Source of the DNA: Candidatus Levyibacteriota bacterium
Lineage (GTDB): Bacteria; Patescibacteriota; Microgenomatia; Levybacterales; UBA12049
NCBI GenBank assembly: GCA_041906785.1
Contig: JAYRIM010000021.1
Span: forward strand, 17,881 to 81,880
Length of the DNA stretch: 64,000 bases
Direction of reading: 5' to 3'
Positions 49,241-59,528 of this stretch are shown here, piece after piece; within the stretch, counting starts at the first letter, position 1; each line of letters begins with the position of its first letter. The translations under genes were made by a program, and so were the position numbers. The notes below the pieces were generated by a model that saw only the letters and a list, made by a program, of their open reading frames with translations, made no database searches and had not been told where the DNA came from.

Positions 49241-49624
49241 GGAACCAATACATATACATTTTTGCCATTTTCTTCGTAAGGGTGTGCAGTTTTTTAATAG
49301 TTAAAAGTAGAAAAGTTAGTATCATAATGAGATTACTTTACTAGAAATTTATACGAACATCAATATGACAAATACTATCCTTCTATAACAAAATTCTTAC
49401 AGGACTATTATTCGTTTTTAACAACCAAACTATATAAGGAAGAGAATGGCACATATAATAACAGATCGGCATATATTATTTGGTGTGATGGGAACAAACG
49501 TACCTAATACTACAGAAAAACAAGTTGAAGATCAGTTATTAGGAGGCTGTTTTCCTATAATTCTGATATTTTTTCTCATGGTTGCAACATGTTCTTATAC
49601 CTTCTTTATATTAATCTAAAAATC

Positions 49625-50536
49625 TTATAATTTAGATTTTATCTTCGATGAAGTTTGAGGAGAAGACTTTTTTGCTGGAAAATTAATCATAATGATGGAA
49701 ACAATGAGAGAAATACTAGCTATTATTTGGTAAAAACTAAGTTGCTCATGGTATAAAAAATAGCCAGCTAGAGAAGCGAAAACAAATTCAAGCGATAATA
49801 CTATAGTTCCGAGATTTAAATCAAAATGCTGAAATCCGTAAATAGTAAGATATGATAAGAGAAAGAAATTAAGAGAAAAAAAGAGTAACATGCCTACAGC
49901 CTCAGGTGTGAATGAATGAAGAAGTGTATATTCACGGTAACCTATAAGGAGGGTGATACCGACAACTATTCCTGCTAACATTTGATAGAAAACCAGTATA
50001 AACCGGTCTACTTTACCACTAAGAGTTTTTTTCATGCTATTTGTAATAACATCTGATATACCTGCAATTGCAGTAAAACTCATCCCTATATCTATCGCTT
50101 GTATGCCTGATGGATATACGAATAAAATAACTCCAAACATAGCAAGAATAAAACTTAATCTCTTTTTTATGCTAAACCCTTCTTTAAATATGAAAATACT
50201 TGCAATTAAAGATGTTATAAGAGTAGTACTATAAAAACTAAACGTAGCTTTAGCTAAAGTCGTTGTTAATACGGCATAGGTAAAAAGAAAGATAGTAGCA
50301 CCGAAAGTAAAAGATAAAAAAAAGATATGCAGCAAAAATTTTCTAGGCACGTTTAATGGTGAAAGTTTTCTATAAAAAAGTATTAAAAGCACAACGAGTG
50401 CCACGATAAAGGACCGTAAGAGAGTGAGTTGACTACCTGTAGCGTAGTAATTTAAATAACGAACAAATATTCCAAATACTCCATAGATAAAAGAAGTACT
50501 CAGTAGTGAGAGGAAACCAAGGTAGCTTTTTTTCAT
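49625..50536 (-). CDS. EamA/DMT-family transporter
   Basis: 10 TM, two EamA-like halves. Confidence 0.6.
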   Translation of the reverse strand: MKKSYLGFLSLLSTSFIYGVFGIFVRYLNYYATGSQLTLLRSFIVALVVLLILFYRKLSPLNVPRKFLLHIFFLSFTFGATIFLFTYAVLTTTLAKATFSFYSTTLITSLIASIFIFKEGFSIKKRLSFILAMFGVILFVYPSGIQAIDIGMSFTAIAGISDVITNSMKKTLSGKVDRFILVFYQMLAGIVVGITLLIGYREYTLLHSFTPEAVGMLLFFSLNFFLLSYLTIYGFQHFDLNLGTIVLSLEFVFASLAGYFLYHEQLSFYQIIASISLIVSIIMINFPAKKSSPQTSSKIKSKL

Positions 50537-50608
50537 TAATCCCTAGTATATTCAGATTATACTCTAGCTTCTTTAAGAATACCAATATTTCTCTTGACAA
50601 TTTAATAA

Positions 50609-50872
50609 TTGGGTATATACTTTATTCAAATTATGTACTATACCTATAACTGTACATATTGCGAGAGAGTATTCTACACGTATCATTCAGATTCTTATCA
50701 AGCAGCAATGATTCTATATAAAGGAATTAAAGCGCACTTGATAGAATACCAAGAAGATCATAAAGAATATGAAATGGATGATAGTCCAGAAATAGATTCT
50801 GAAGAAATTCGAAAAAAAATGCCTGAGTTTAACGAACCACCAGAAGGAGCATATGAACTTCAAGATTGGTAA
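50609..50872 (+). CDS. small acidic hypothetical protein
   Basis: 87-aa ORF. Confidence 0.25.
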   Translation: MGIYFIQIMYYTYNCTYCERVFYTYHSDSYQAAMILYKGIKAHLIEYQEDHKEYEMDDSPEIDSEEIRKKMPEFNEPPEGAYELQDW

Positions 50873-50951
50873 TTTCTTAAAGTCCTCTTTCTTTATTCTT
50901 ACATTCTTCTTATATATTAAAGATCAATTTATATTAAAATTATAGGATATT

Positions 50952-51476
50952 ATGAGACCAGAATCATTACGATCAGTAGCAATAGGTATTATTGGTTTTC
51001 TCGTGATAGTGATTATTATCATAGGATTATATCAGCTTGGGAAACAGCTTTTTCAATTAAGATCACCAAATGTAACAGCAGGTACAACTGCTGTAGCTGG
51101 AGTATCAAACCATCAAATAACAGCTGTATTAGATATCATTAATAATCCCGGAGTATATATCGATGTCGATGTCATAGTCCGTGATGAAGTTAATAGCTGG
51201 GTTGCAAAGAACGGTTTTATCTTTGAAGAGCACCAGGGTTTATTAAATAGAAGAACGTTACTTGTTATGAGAAAGAAAGCATTTTCTCCACCTCAGAAGA
51301 CTCCCGGTACTGAATTATCATTAGGAGAAACGAGACAGGTTGAAGTAAAAGGTAAAGTAAAGATTTTCGATAGACCTACATTAGAAAGAGTATGGCAAAT
51401 AGAGTTATTACCCACTACATATGACGGATGGAATGGACAGCCAGTGATTCTTGCTGATTCAATAACAATATTATAA
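50952..51476 (+). CDS. membrane-anchored hypothetical protein
   Basis: N-terminal TM, 174 aa. Confidence 0.35.
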   Translation: MRPESLRSVAIGIIGFLVIVIIIIGLYQLGKQLFQLRSPNVTAGTTAVAGVSNHQITAVLDIINNPGVYIDVDVIVRDEVNSWVAKNGFIFEEHQGLLNRRTLLVMRKKAFSPPQKTPGTELSLGETRQVEVKGKVKIFDRPTLERVWQIELLPTTYDGWNGQPVILADSITIL

Positions 51477-51490
51477 GATTATAAGGTTTT

Positions 51491-52456
51491 TTATTTTTCT
51501 AATACTTTAAATACTGTCTGTTTCAATTTTTGAATTGATTCAGGATTATAGATAGAATAAGAAAGCACATGCTTGCTTTTTTTTGCAAAAATATTAGTAA
51601 TCTCTTTACGTTTTTTATCATCAATTAAATCAGTTTTCGTTAATAAGATAATTTCAGGTTTCTCAAGAAGCATCGTATTATATGAACCAAATTCATCTCG
51701 AATCGTCTGATACGTAGATTCTATATTTTCTGTTGTGCTATCTATACAGTGTATAAGCATTTTCGTTTTTTCGATATGCTTAAGAAATGTGATACCCAAT
51801 CCTTTTCCTTTTGAAGCACCCTCTATTAATCCTGGAATATCAGCAATAGCATACTTTCCTAACATTCCTATATTCGGCTCTAAGGTAGTAAACGGATAAT
51901 TTCCTATTTTCGGATCAGCGTTTGTGAGTACTGACAGTAAACTACTTTTTCCTGCGTTTGGCTGACCTACAAGCCCTATATCTGCAATTAATTTTAACTC
52001 TAAACGTAATTCTTTCTCCTCTCCTGGTATGCCTTTTTCAGCATAATAGGGGGTTTGGTTTGTCGCTGATTTAAATTCATTATTACCTCTTCCTCCCAAT
52101 CCTCCTTTTGCAATCAGTATTCGTGAGGTTGTATCAGTAATCTCATGTATTTTTCCTGAAGTGGTATCAGTAATAATAGTACCGATTGGTACAGATACAG
52201 TTATGTCTTCACCATTCCGACCGAATTTATTTTGTCGCTTTCCATGAACACCACTCTCTGCAGAGATATTTTTTTTAAATTGGAAATCACGCAGATCATT
52301 AAGATTATGTGATCCCTGAAAAAAAACACTTCCTCCATTTCCACCATTTCCACCATCAGGTCCACCTTTCGTTTGGTGAGGATTACTTAAGAAAGTGACG
52401 ACTCCATCACCACCATTGCCAGCTTTAACTGTTATAACAACGTTATCTATCAGCAT
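51491..52456 (-). CDS. obg: GTPase Obg
   Basis: N-terminal Obg fold with GGDGGNGGNGGSVFF glycine repeats; G1 GQPNAGKSSLL, G3 DIPGLIEGA, G4 TKTD. Confidence 0.9.
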   Translation of the reverse strand: MLIDNVVITVKAGNGGDGVVTFLSNPHQTKGGPDGGNGGNGGSVFFQGSHNLNDLRDFQFKKNISAESGVHGKRQNKFGRNGEDITVSVPIGTIITDTTSGKIHEITDTTSRILIAKGGLGGRGNNEFKSATNQTPYYAEKGIPGEEKELRLELKLIADIGLVGQPNAGKSSLLSVLTNADPKIGNYPFTTLEPNIGMLGKYAIADIPGLIEGASKGKGLGITFLKHIEKTKMLIHCIDSTTENIESTYQTIRDEFGSYNTMLLEKPEIILLTKTDLIDDKKRKEITNIFAKKSKHVLSYSIYNPESIQKLKQTVFKVLEK

Positions 52457-52598
52457 GACTGCATTGTACCATTTTCAAACAATTTTTTGTTTTTTGTCAT
52501 TCTGGAAGCTTGAAGGTTTAATAGAATCTCCGACTTTACCTATTCATCCTATCGCTTCGCTCCAGGATGACTTTATAGAAAATTGGTATAATAAGCTG

Positions 52599-53483
52599 AT
52601 GATTATACTATCGACAAAAGGATGGGAAGAGTATGAACTACTTGATTCCGGAGAAGGATATAGATTAGAACGGTTTGGAAAATATAGATTAATACGGCCT
52701 GATCCTGAAGCATTGTGGAAAAAATATTTACCTCATGAATGGTCGCGTGTTGATGCTTCTTTTATAAGAACTGAAAGGAATAAGGAAGAATGGGTGCTGC
52801 ACACAGCTATTCCTAAACGTTGGATTATGCATTATAAGGATATATCTTTTTGGGCAGAATTATCTCCATTTAAACATACTGGCGTTTTTCCTGAGCAAAC
52901 ACTTCAATGGGAATGGTTGGAACAAAAAATTAAAAGTCAAAAATTAAAAGTCAAAAAAAATGAAGAAATCAATATTTTGAATTTGTTTGCATATACAGGA
53001 ATCGCTAGTTTGGTTGCTGCAAAGGCTGGTGCGAAGGTTACACACATCGATGCATCGCGACCGACAATAGGCTGGGCAAGAGAAAATCAAGCAGTATCAC
53101 ATTTAAATGATAAACCAATTCGCTGGATTCTCGATGATGCTATTAAATTTACCCAAAGAGAAATCCGTCGAGGAGTACGGTACGATGGCATTATAATGGA
53201 CCCGCCAGTATATGGGCACGGTCCAAATGGTGAAACTTGGGATTTTAAAGAATCATTTCCTCTCCTTTTAGATGTTTGCAAACAGGTCTTATCAGAAGAT
53301 CCTCTTTTTATTCTCGTAAATGCATATGCCATTTCATCATCAGCCTTAATGCTAGAAAACATATTAAAAGATGTCGCTAAAAACATGAGTGGGGAAATAG
53401 AAGTTGGAGAGTTAGCTTTACAAGAAAAAGCTACAGATCGTTTACTCTCGACAGGCATTTTCGGTAGATGGTCAAAAAATTAA
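52599..53483 (+). CDS. class I SAM-dependent rRNA methyltransferase, RlmI/YccW-like
   Basis: ELLDSGEGYRLERFG PUA-like N-terminus; SAM motif LNLFAYTGIASLVAAKAGAKVTHIDAS; start chosen at Met after obg overlap. Confidence 0.55.
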   Translation: MIILSTKGWEEYELLDSGEGYRLERFGKYRLIRPDPEALWKKYLPHEWSRVDASFIRTERNKEEWVLHTAIPKRWIMHYKDISFWAELSPFKHTGVFPEQTLQWEWLEQKIKSQKLKVKKNEEINILNLFAYTGIASLVAAKAGAKVTHIDASRPTIGWARENQAVSHLNDKPIRWILDDAIKFTQREIRRGVRYDGIIMDPPVYGHGPNGETWDFKESFPLLLDVCKQVLSEDPLFILVNAYAISSSALMLENILKDVAKNMSGEIEVGELALQEKATDRLLSTGIFGRWSKN

Positions 53484-54628
53484 TTCCCATTGTCTTCTGG
53501 TTCTTTACTCATCCTTACAGAATGATCAACTAGATCAGTAATGATAGCTTTAACTCTTTCTGGATGTGAGAGAAGCTCTTTCGCTTTCTCCATCCCTTCA
53601 GAAATTTTACTTGAATCTTCAGCATTATTTAGAGCAGATATAAGTTCAGTAACAGAAGACTTTATATCTGGATTTATTGAAACGTTAGTGTGAACACTGG
53701 TTGGAGCAGGGGATCTAGGGATTAAACTATCTCCCTGGTATTTTCCCATCCATCGAAGAACCATACTTATCCTATTGTTGAGAGATTGTTGATTTTGCTG
53801 AGCATATAACTGATTCTGTTCTGTTAGTAAACGTCTTACACTAGAAGCACTAAGAGGAGTACCTCTTAACTGTTCGGTTAATAATGCAATATCTTGATAA
53901 AGCGTTCTTAAACCTGCTTTCGTTGGAACTGTTTCAACAAAAAGGTTCATGTTAGGATGTATCGATGCTGATAAATCATAAAAATGCTCTGAAGAAGTAT
54001 CATCTGCAGCCAATATTCCTTGTTCACTAAGCATATTAACATGAGATCCTATTCGCAATTTGTTTGTTCCTGTTGCTACTGTTAATCCCATTACACTTTC
54101 ATCTTCCTTTTGAAGCAAATGAGTATAAATTGCTCTTCTTCTGGATGGTGCACTATTTTCATAGCCTCCACTGGTATTTGAAGAACCAAGCATAATTTGC
54201 AATTGTGACGCACCATGTCGGTCAGCCCACTCAAGGACATGTCCTGCATACCCTGCATATATCTGCCGATACTGTGGAGGAAAATCAACACCTACAGGTA
54301 GAATTACTTTTTCTTTTGCTTTTAACACTCTTTCATTTCTTCTAGGATTTAGAACATTTTTTGAAACATGTATCAATCCATGATCAGCCAACGTTTTTAC
54401 TTTTTCTGAAAAGTCTTGAACTGAATAGGGAAAATCTTCTGGATCTATGCCAGCCCTGTCTGCGATATCTCGATATATCTGGGAATATCCACGAGTTTCT
54501 GGATGGTCCTTCTGATCCGCGAAAACTAATAAGCGGATAGGGGAAGGAGCAACTATGGTAAGAAGTGCTTGTTTATTTGGTTCACGTTTTTCCTCTTCCG
54601 GGGTATATCCTATTTCTCCACCTTCCAT
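53480..54628 (-). CDS. hypothetical soluble protein (382 aa)
   Basis: No recognised motifs; slightly GC-richer than neighbours. Confidence 0.35.
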   Translation of the reverse strand: MEGGEIGYTPEEEKREPNKQALLTIVAPSPIRLLVFADQKDHPETRGYSQIYRDIADRAGIDPEDFPYSVQDFSEKVKTLADHGLIHVSKNVLNPRRNERVLKAKEKVILPVGVDFPPQYRQIYAGYAGHVLEWADRHGASQLQIMLGSSNTSGGYENSAPSRRRAIYTHLLQKEDESVMGLTVATGTNKLRIGSHVNMLSEQGILAADDTSSEHFYDLSASIHPNMNLFVETVPTKAGLRTLYQDIALLTEQLRGTPLSASSVRRLLTEQNQLYAQQNQQSLNNRISMVLRWMGKYQGDSLIPRSPAPTSVHTNVSINPDIKSSVTELISALNNAEDSSKISEGMEKAKELLSHPERVKAIITDLVDHSVRMSKEPEDNGN

Positions 54629-54694
54629 ATAAAGATACTTTACTCTTGTATTAAAGTATAATATAAAACAGTATTATAGCGTATTAACTTTTTC

Positions 54695-54765
54695 GATGCG
54701 GTAGCCAAGTGGTTAGGTATCTTGCCGCAAGCAAGAATACGAAGGTTCGATTCCTTCCCGCATCT
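54695..54765 (+). tRNA. probable tRNA-Cys (anticodon GCA), atypical (3-bp D stem, C at position 33, 4-nt variable loop)
   Basis: Acceptor GATGCGG/CCGCATC perfectly paired, canonical T arm GAAGGTTCGATTCCTTC, anticodon stem TCTTG/CAAGA with loop CCGCAAG. Confidence 0.55.
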
Positions 54766-54771
54766 CATACT

Positions 54772-55800
54772 ATGAATGTACAGCAATATCTATTACACCT
54801 TTTATCAAAAAATTCACGTTATCAATTAACGAGTCCTGATTTGAAATTTAGTAAAAAAGAAGGAGTTGAGAAGTATATTTATACGAAATTGACAAGTAAA
54901 AAATTTCGTAAATTTAAAATGGATCCTGCTTGTATAGAGCGAACAAAACAGGCTATCAATTTTAGAGTTAGAGAAAACAAACCGATACATATAATTTATC
55001 CACAAGGAGGGTATAAGCTTTGGCGTTTTCCAAGTTCGCCAAATGCAGATTGGGCTGAGTTTTTCAATATTTCATATCTACTTGAATACGTTGGCCCAAT
55101 AGCTGCGGTGTATAAACCGGGAGTAGAAATTACCTATTATATGCATACCTTACTTATGGAGTTACATGATAATTTGACTACAGAAGAAATCCAAGCGTAC
55201 GTAGGTTCATTTGAGAAACTTTTAGGAGAGTTCCGTAAATATTTACCTCCTAATATTCAAATAAACATTTTAAGAGATGCTGATCTCTATTCACGGAATG
55301 AATATTTTGCAGCTCTTGAAAAAGGGAAGATTTTAGCAGAAGATGAATATCTGAAATGGGACCAAAAAAGAAAAGATGATTTTAAGAGAATGGCTCTTTT
55401 GAATATTAAATGGAACGGAAAAGAAGACTGGACGGAGTTATCAGAAGAAGAAAAAAATAAAAAAATATATTTTGCTGCATTGTACGAATCTGCTGCGACA
55501 ACACAGTTAGATAAAGTAGTAGACATGGTAAAATCATCAGAGAATATCCTAGTGTTTACGAAAGGTTCATCTGCGTTTATAGGTATAGGCAGCACGAAAG
55601 CTTCAATAGCTAAATATTGGGTAGGATTTGGTGTTCTGCAAAAGAAACAAGATTCTTTTCTGCCTATTATATTGACACCGAGTCAATATCAATACGCCAT
55701 AAAAAAGAAGTATCAAACAGTTAAAGTTGATGTAATTCACCAGAAAAATTTCTCAGAAATACTCGTTTTTGAAAAACCATTTGAATTTTCGAAACAATGA
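54772..55800 (+). CDS. hypothetical protein (343 aa) upstream of UbiA-family prenyltransferase
   Basis: Start moved to ATG 54772 because the track start overlaps the tRNA. Confidence 0.4.
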   Translation: MNVQQYLLHLLSKNSRYQLTSPDLKFSKKEGVEKYIYTKLTSKKFRKFKMDPACIERTKQAINFRVRENKPIHIIYPQGGYKLWRFPSSPNADWAEFFNISYLLEYVGPIAAVYKPGVEITYYMHTLLMELHDNLTTEEIQAYVGSFEKLLGEFRKYLPPNIQINILRDADLYSRNEYFAALEKGKILAEDEYLKWDQKRKDDFKRMALLNIKWNGKEDWTELSEEEKNKKIYFAALYESAATTQLDKVVDMVKSSENILVFTKGSSAFIGIGSTKASIAKYWVGFGVLQKKQDSFLPIILTPSQYQYAIKKKYQTVKVDVIHQKNFSEILVFEKPFEFSKQ

Positions 55801-55803
55801 TAT

Positions 55804-56694
55804 ATGAGTCTAAAAACTGTCCTGCGAATTATAGAGATCTCCCGTCCTGTCTTCTGGCCTTCGACTTTTTTCATTTTCTTATTAGGAATTATATTTTCCA
55901 GACATGAGATAACTTCCATAGGAATATTTTATGCGTTTTTATGGTCATTTCCATATTCACTTTGGCTTTCTACAGTAAATGATTTAGCTGATATGAAAAC
56001 AGATAACATCAATACCTTTAAAGGTGGAATATCTGGAGTAAAAGTTAAAGATAGTGAAATTATCTTTTTAAAACGTTTACAATGCGTCAGTTTCTTGACA
56101 ATTATAGTACCAATTCTCTTTACATTTTCTGCCGGCGGCGGACCAGCCTATGGCTGGAATTACCTATTTTTATTTGCAAGTTTAGCAGCACTTATTATTC
56201 CTTATACCTATTCATCATATCCGATAAGACTGAAAGAAAAGCCACCGTTTGATAGTCTGAGTAATGGTGCATTTGTGGTTTCAGTTTTTATAGCAGGATA
56301 TGTTTTTAATGGCGAGAATATATTTGAGAATATATTTATTCAGGCCTGCATCGCGATTTTTCTAGGAGTTTCAGCCATGCATATTTTCGGAGCTCTCCGA
56401 GATTATACACCAGATAAAAAAAGTAAAGTTAAAACCTCTGCAGTATTCTTTGGTCAGAAAATGAGTGCTTTTTTTGCATCCGTATTTTTTTTCGTAGCCT
56501 ATGGAGCTATATTTCAATTTCCATTTGAATTTAGATTGTTTTGCCTATCAGGAACTATGGCTGGACTATTTCTGATCTTAAAGCCGAGCGAGAGAAGAAG
56601 TTTTCAGCTTGGATTTTTTCTATTATTTCTATTTTTCAGTGTTTGTATATATAGTATTTTTTTCAATACGTGGAAATTAGTTTTACAAAATTGA
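55804..56694 (+). CDS. UbiA-family membrane prenyltransferase
   Basis: 8-9 TM; STVNDLADMKTDNIN matches NDxxDxxxD. Confidence 0.6.
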   Translation: MSLKTVLRIIEISRPVFWPSTFFIFLLGIIFSRHEITSIGIFYAFLWSFPYSLWLSTVNDLADMKTDNINTFKGGISGVKVKDSEIIFLKRLQCVSFLTIIVPILFTFSAGGGPAYGWNYLFLFASLAALIIPYTYSSYPIRLKEKPPFDSLSNGAFVVSVFIAGYVFNGENIFENIFIQACIAIFLGVSAMHIFGALRDYTPDKKSKVKTSAVFFGQKMSAFFASVFFFVAYGAIFQFPFEFRLFCLSGTMAGLFLILKPSERRSFQLGFFLLFLFFSVCIYSIFFNTWKLVLQN

Positions 56695-56753
56695 AATTCT
56701 TTACTGCCATATCCTGTGCTATAATCAAATTCAAATAAACCTCAACCTTATTA

Positions 56754-57341
56754 ATGATTCCAACGATTGAACAAATAACATCTCTTCATCGTAAATATGC
56801 GCCGAATGATACAGTATTTGATTTGGTATTTATTCATTGTCAAATAGTATCTGAAATTGCAGAACAAATAATAGATAATAAAAATCTAAGCGTTGATAGA
56901 ACACTTGTTCAAGCAGGAGCACTACTTCATGATATCGGAGGATATACATTGATAGATCTAAATAAAGAGTTTGATGAAAAGAACTATATTAAACATGGAA
57001 TTATTGGCTATCAATTACTTATGGACGAAGGAATTGATGAAAGACTTTGTGAAATTGCGAGAAGACACACAGGTGTGGGTATTTCTGAAAAGCAAATTAT
57101 CGAGCGAAGTTTACCCCTTCCACCCATGGATTATTTCGCCAGAACAAGAGAAGAAAGATTAGTCATGTACGCTGACAAATTTCACTCAAAAACTCCACGC
57201 TTTAACTCCTATGAAAAATACCAGGAAAATATTAGACGCTTTGGCGATAACCTCGTAATAAAGTTTAGAGAATTAGCTGAAGAATTTGGTATTCCTGACT
57301 TAAGAGAATTATCAAAGAAATATAACCATCCAATTGTATAA
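56754..57341 (+). CDS. HD-domain phosphohydrolase
   Basis: H...LLHDIGG...ARRHTG HD motif pattern. Confidence 0.6.
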   Translation: MIPTIEQITSLHRKYAPNDTVFDLVFIHCQIVSEIAEQIIDNKNLSVDRTLVQAGALLHDIGGYTLIDLNKEFDEKNYIKHGIIGYQLLMDEGIDERLCEIARRHTGVGISEKQIIERSLPLPPMDYFARTREERLVMYADKFHSKTPRFNSYEKYQENIRRFGDNLVIKFRELAEEFGIPDLRELSKKYNHPIV

Positions 57342-57437
57342 AGTTAGTAGAACTACTTACTATAATCTTATTTACTTTTTAATTTATAAAGTAAACCTAC
57401 AGTGGAGCTTATTGCCTTATAAAAATATTCGATTTAC

Positions 57438-57466
57438 TTGACATATAGATCCACAAATGGTAATTT
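57438..57466 (+). promoter_or_regulatory. sigma70-like promoter TTGACA-17nt-TAATTT upstream of HNH gene
   Basis: -35 at 57438-57443, -10 at 57461-57466, ATG at 57473. Confidence 0.4.
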
Positions 57467-57472
57467 GACACC

Positions 57473-57943
57473 ATGAACGTCTGCCTGAAATGTAACAAGA
57501 TATATAAAGCATCAAGTAGGCATAAAGTTTGCCCTAAATGTCGGAAGCAATTAGATAAAACACCATGTGATAATTGTGGAAACTTAAAACAAAGAAAATC
57601 TAAAAATTGTAAAAATTGTTATATTCAAAGCAAACAATATCCCTATTCAAATAAAAAACATTTAAGTAAAGATGGATATTATTATGTATACTATCGAGCT
57701 CATCCGTTTGCAGATAAATCTGGTCGAGTTTACGAGCATAGGTTAGTAATGGAAAAAAAATTAGGAAGGTATCTTCTACCACATGAAAATGTTCACCATA
57801 AAAATGGTAGAAAAGATGACAATAGAATTGAAAATCTAGAATTGTGGATAAGAATCCAACCTACTGGCGCTCGGGTAGAGGATGTAGTAAAATGGGCAAA
57901 GGAAATTATAGAACTATATGGTGGTGTTAGCTCAGTTGGTTAG
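57473..57943 (+). CDS. HNH endonuclease with N-terminal CxxC zinc-ribbon motifs
   Basis: CLKC..CPKC..CDNC..CKNC then YEHRLVMEKKLGRYLLPHENVHHKNGRKDDNRIENLELW HNH core; 3' end overlaps tRNA-His by 24 nt. Confidence 0.7.
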   Translation: MNVCLKCNKIYKASSRHKVCPKCRKQLDKTPCDNCGNLKQRKSKNCKNCYIQSKQYPYSNKKHLSKDGYYYVYYRAHPFADKSGRVYEHRLVMEKKLGRYLLPHENVHHKNGRKDDNRIENLELWIRIQPTGARVEDVVKWAKEIIELYGGVSSVG

Positions 57944-57994
57944 AGCGCTAGGTTGTGGACCTGGAGGTCGCCGGTTCAAATCCGGTACACCACC
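57920..57994 (+). tRNA. tRNA-His (anticodon GUG) with genomically encoded G-1
   Basis: G-1 + GTGGTGT acceptor pairs ACACCAC + discriminator C; D arm GCTCAGTTGGTTAGAGC; anticodon loop TTGTGGA; T arm GCCGGTTCAAATCCGGT. Confidence 0.8.
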
Positions 57995-58015
57995 CACCTT
58001 TTCTCCTCGAAATAT

Positions 58016-58564
58016 ATGTCATTAATACGCTTTGAAGCTAAACTTTCTAAAATCCATAATTGGATTATACTTAGACTACCAGAAGACGCCTCGGCAAAAC
58101 TTCCATCAAGAGGCATGACAATGGTAAAAGGGACTATCAATAAGGTTCCATTCAAAACCTTACTCGAACCAGATGGAAGGTATGGACCAGGGTTAAAACC
58201 GAGCCATTGGTTTAGACCAGGTAAAAAGTTGCTTCTGGACATTAAAGCCAAGCCAGGCGATACAGTACATGTTTCACTTGAACCGACGAAAGAATGGATA
58301 GAACCTGAAGTCCCTGAAGATCTAAAAGAAGCATTAGCAACTTCTCCTAAAGCTGAGGCTTTATGGAATGATATTACTCCGCTTGCCCGTTGGGATTGGA
58401 TTCGCTGGATACGAGCAGTGAAAACCCCTGAAACTCGTCTAAAACATATAGAAGTTGCAATCGACAAACTTAATAAAGGCATGAGGAGACCTTGCTGTTT
58501 CAACCGAAACCTCTGCAGTGAACCATATGTTTCTCATAATTGGGTACTTCTTGACCCAAAATAA
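58016..58564 (+). CDS. DUF1905 + YdeI/OmpD-associated family protein
   Basis: N-terminal MSLIRFEAKLSKI...LRLPE (DUF1905-like), C-terminal PEDLKEALATSPKAEALWNDITPLARWDWIRWIRAVKTPETRLKHIEVAIDKL matches YdeI-type motif; start moved past tRNA. Confidence 0.5.
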   Translation: MSLIRFEAKLSKIHNWIILRLPEDASAKLPSRGMTMVKGTINKVPFKTLLEPDGRYGPGLKPSHWFRPGKKLLLDIKAKPGDTVHVSLEPTKEWIEPEVPEDLKEALATSPKAEALWNDITPLARWDWIRWIRAVKTPETRLKHIEVAIDKLNKGMRRPCCFNRNLCSEPYVSHNWVLLDPK

Positions 58565-58598
58565 GCATCCTCGATGTTTTTACTAAATTAAAAGTTAA

Positions 58599-58814
58599 CT
58601 ATTTTCGTAAGAAGAAATTAATGATTATTGTGAGAATAATACTGATGATTATTGAGGTAACCCAAGGAAAGTAGAATGTAAAATTACCTTTTTTTATAAA
58701 TATGTCACCTGGCATTTTTGGTAAACCAGTTACTTGAGAAAACAATAACGCAACTACGCCTGCAATAACTAAAAAGACTCCTGAAATAATAAGTAACCGT
58801 GCTAATTCATTCAT
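58599..58814 (-). CDS. small 2-TM membrane protein (DUF2905-like)
   Basis: 71 aa, two TM helices. Confidence 0.35.
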   Translation of the reverse strand: MNELARLLIISGVFLVIAGVVALLFSQVTGLPKMPGDIFIKKGNFTFYFPWVTSIIISIILTIIINFFLRK

Positions 58815-58850
58815 AGTTTGTTATTCAAATTAGATATTAGAAATTTATAA

Positions 58851-59528
58851 TTAGATATTTTCTAAAATTTCTCCCTCAATTACCTCCTTTTCTGTTTTAG
58901 CAAATAATCTTCCTATAATTAAACCTGTCAGAAAACCTCCTATATGTGCCCAAAATGCTACCCCTCCATCTTCTCCTGAAAATGGTAAAGAAACAGCACC
59001 AGACAATAACTGTAATACAAACCAATAACCCAGCATAAACGATGCGCTGATGTTTGTGATTGTTAAGAACCCGAAAATGGGTATGATAGTTTTTATTTTA
59101 TGCCCAGGGAAAAAGAGAAAATATGATCCTAATGCACCAGCCACAGCACCTGACGCACCAAGCATTGGTATTGTTGAGGAAGGCATAATCAGGTATTGCG
59201 CTAAACTTCCAATAATACCTGAAAAAAGATAAAGAAATGCATACGAAAAATGACCTATTTCGCCTTCTACATTATCTCCGAAAACCCATAAAAACCACAT
59301 GTTCGATATGATATGCAACCAGCCTCCATGAAGAAAAATTGAAGTTATAAAAGGGTAAAGAGAATATACATTCGAAAAATCGATATTTGCAGGAATGAGT
59401 GTATAACGTAATGTAAACGCATCAAGATGTATTAATTGTAAATAGAAAACATAACATGTTAATGCAATAATCGAAAAATTAATAAAAGGAAATTTTTTTG
59501 ACGGTGTAGAATCACTAATTGGAAACAT
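58851..59528 (-). CDS. rhomboid-family intramembrane serine protease
   Basis: GASGAVAGALGSYF (GxSG) and AHIGGFLTG (His) motifs, 6 TM. Confidence 0.75.
   Translation of the reverse strand: MFPISDSTPSKKFPFINFSIIALTCYVFYLQLIHLDAFTLRYTLIPANIDFSNVYSLYPFITSIFLHGGWLHIISNMWFLWVFGDNVEGEIGHFSYAFLYLFSGIIGSLAQYLIMPSSTIPMLGASGAVAGALGSYFLFFPGHKIKTIIPIFGFLTITNISASFMLGYWFVLQLLSGAVSLPFSGEDGGVAFWAHIGGFLTGLIIGRLFAKTEKEVIEGEILENI

Noticed and set aside
49147-49344. 65-aa plus-strand ORF
   Set aside because: It is simply the translation of palindromic repeat copy 6 (MKGHMRQMSHRGQMYF...).
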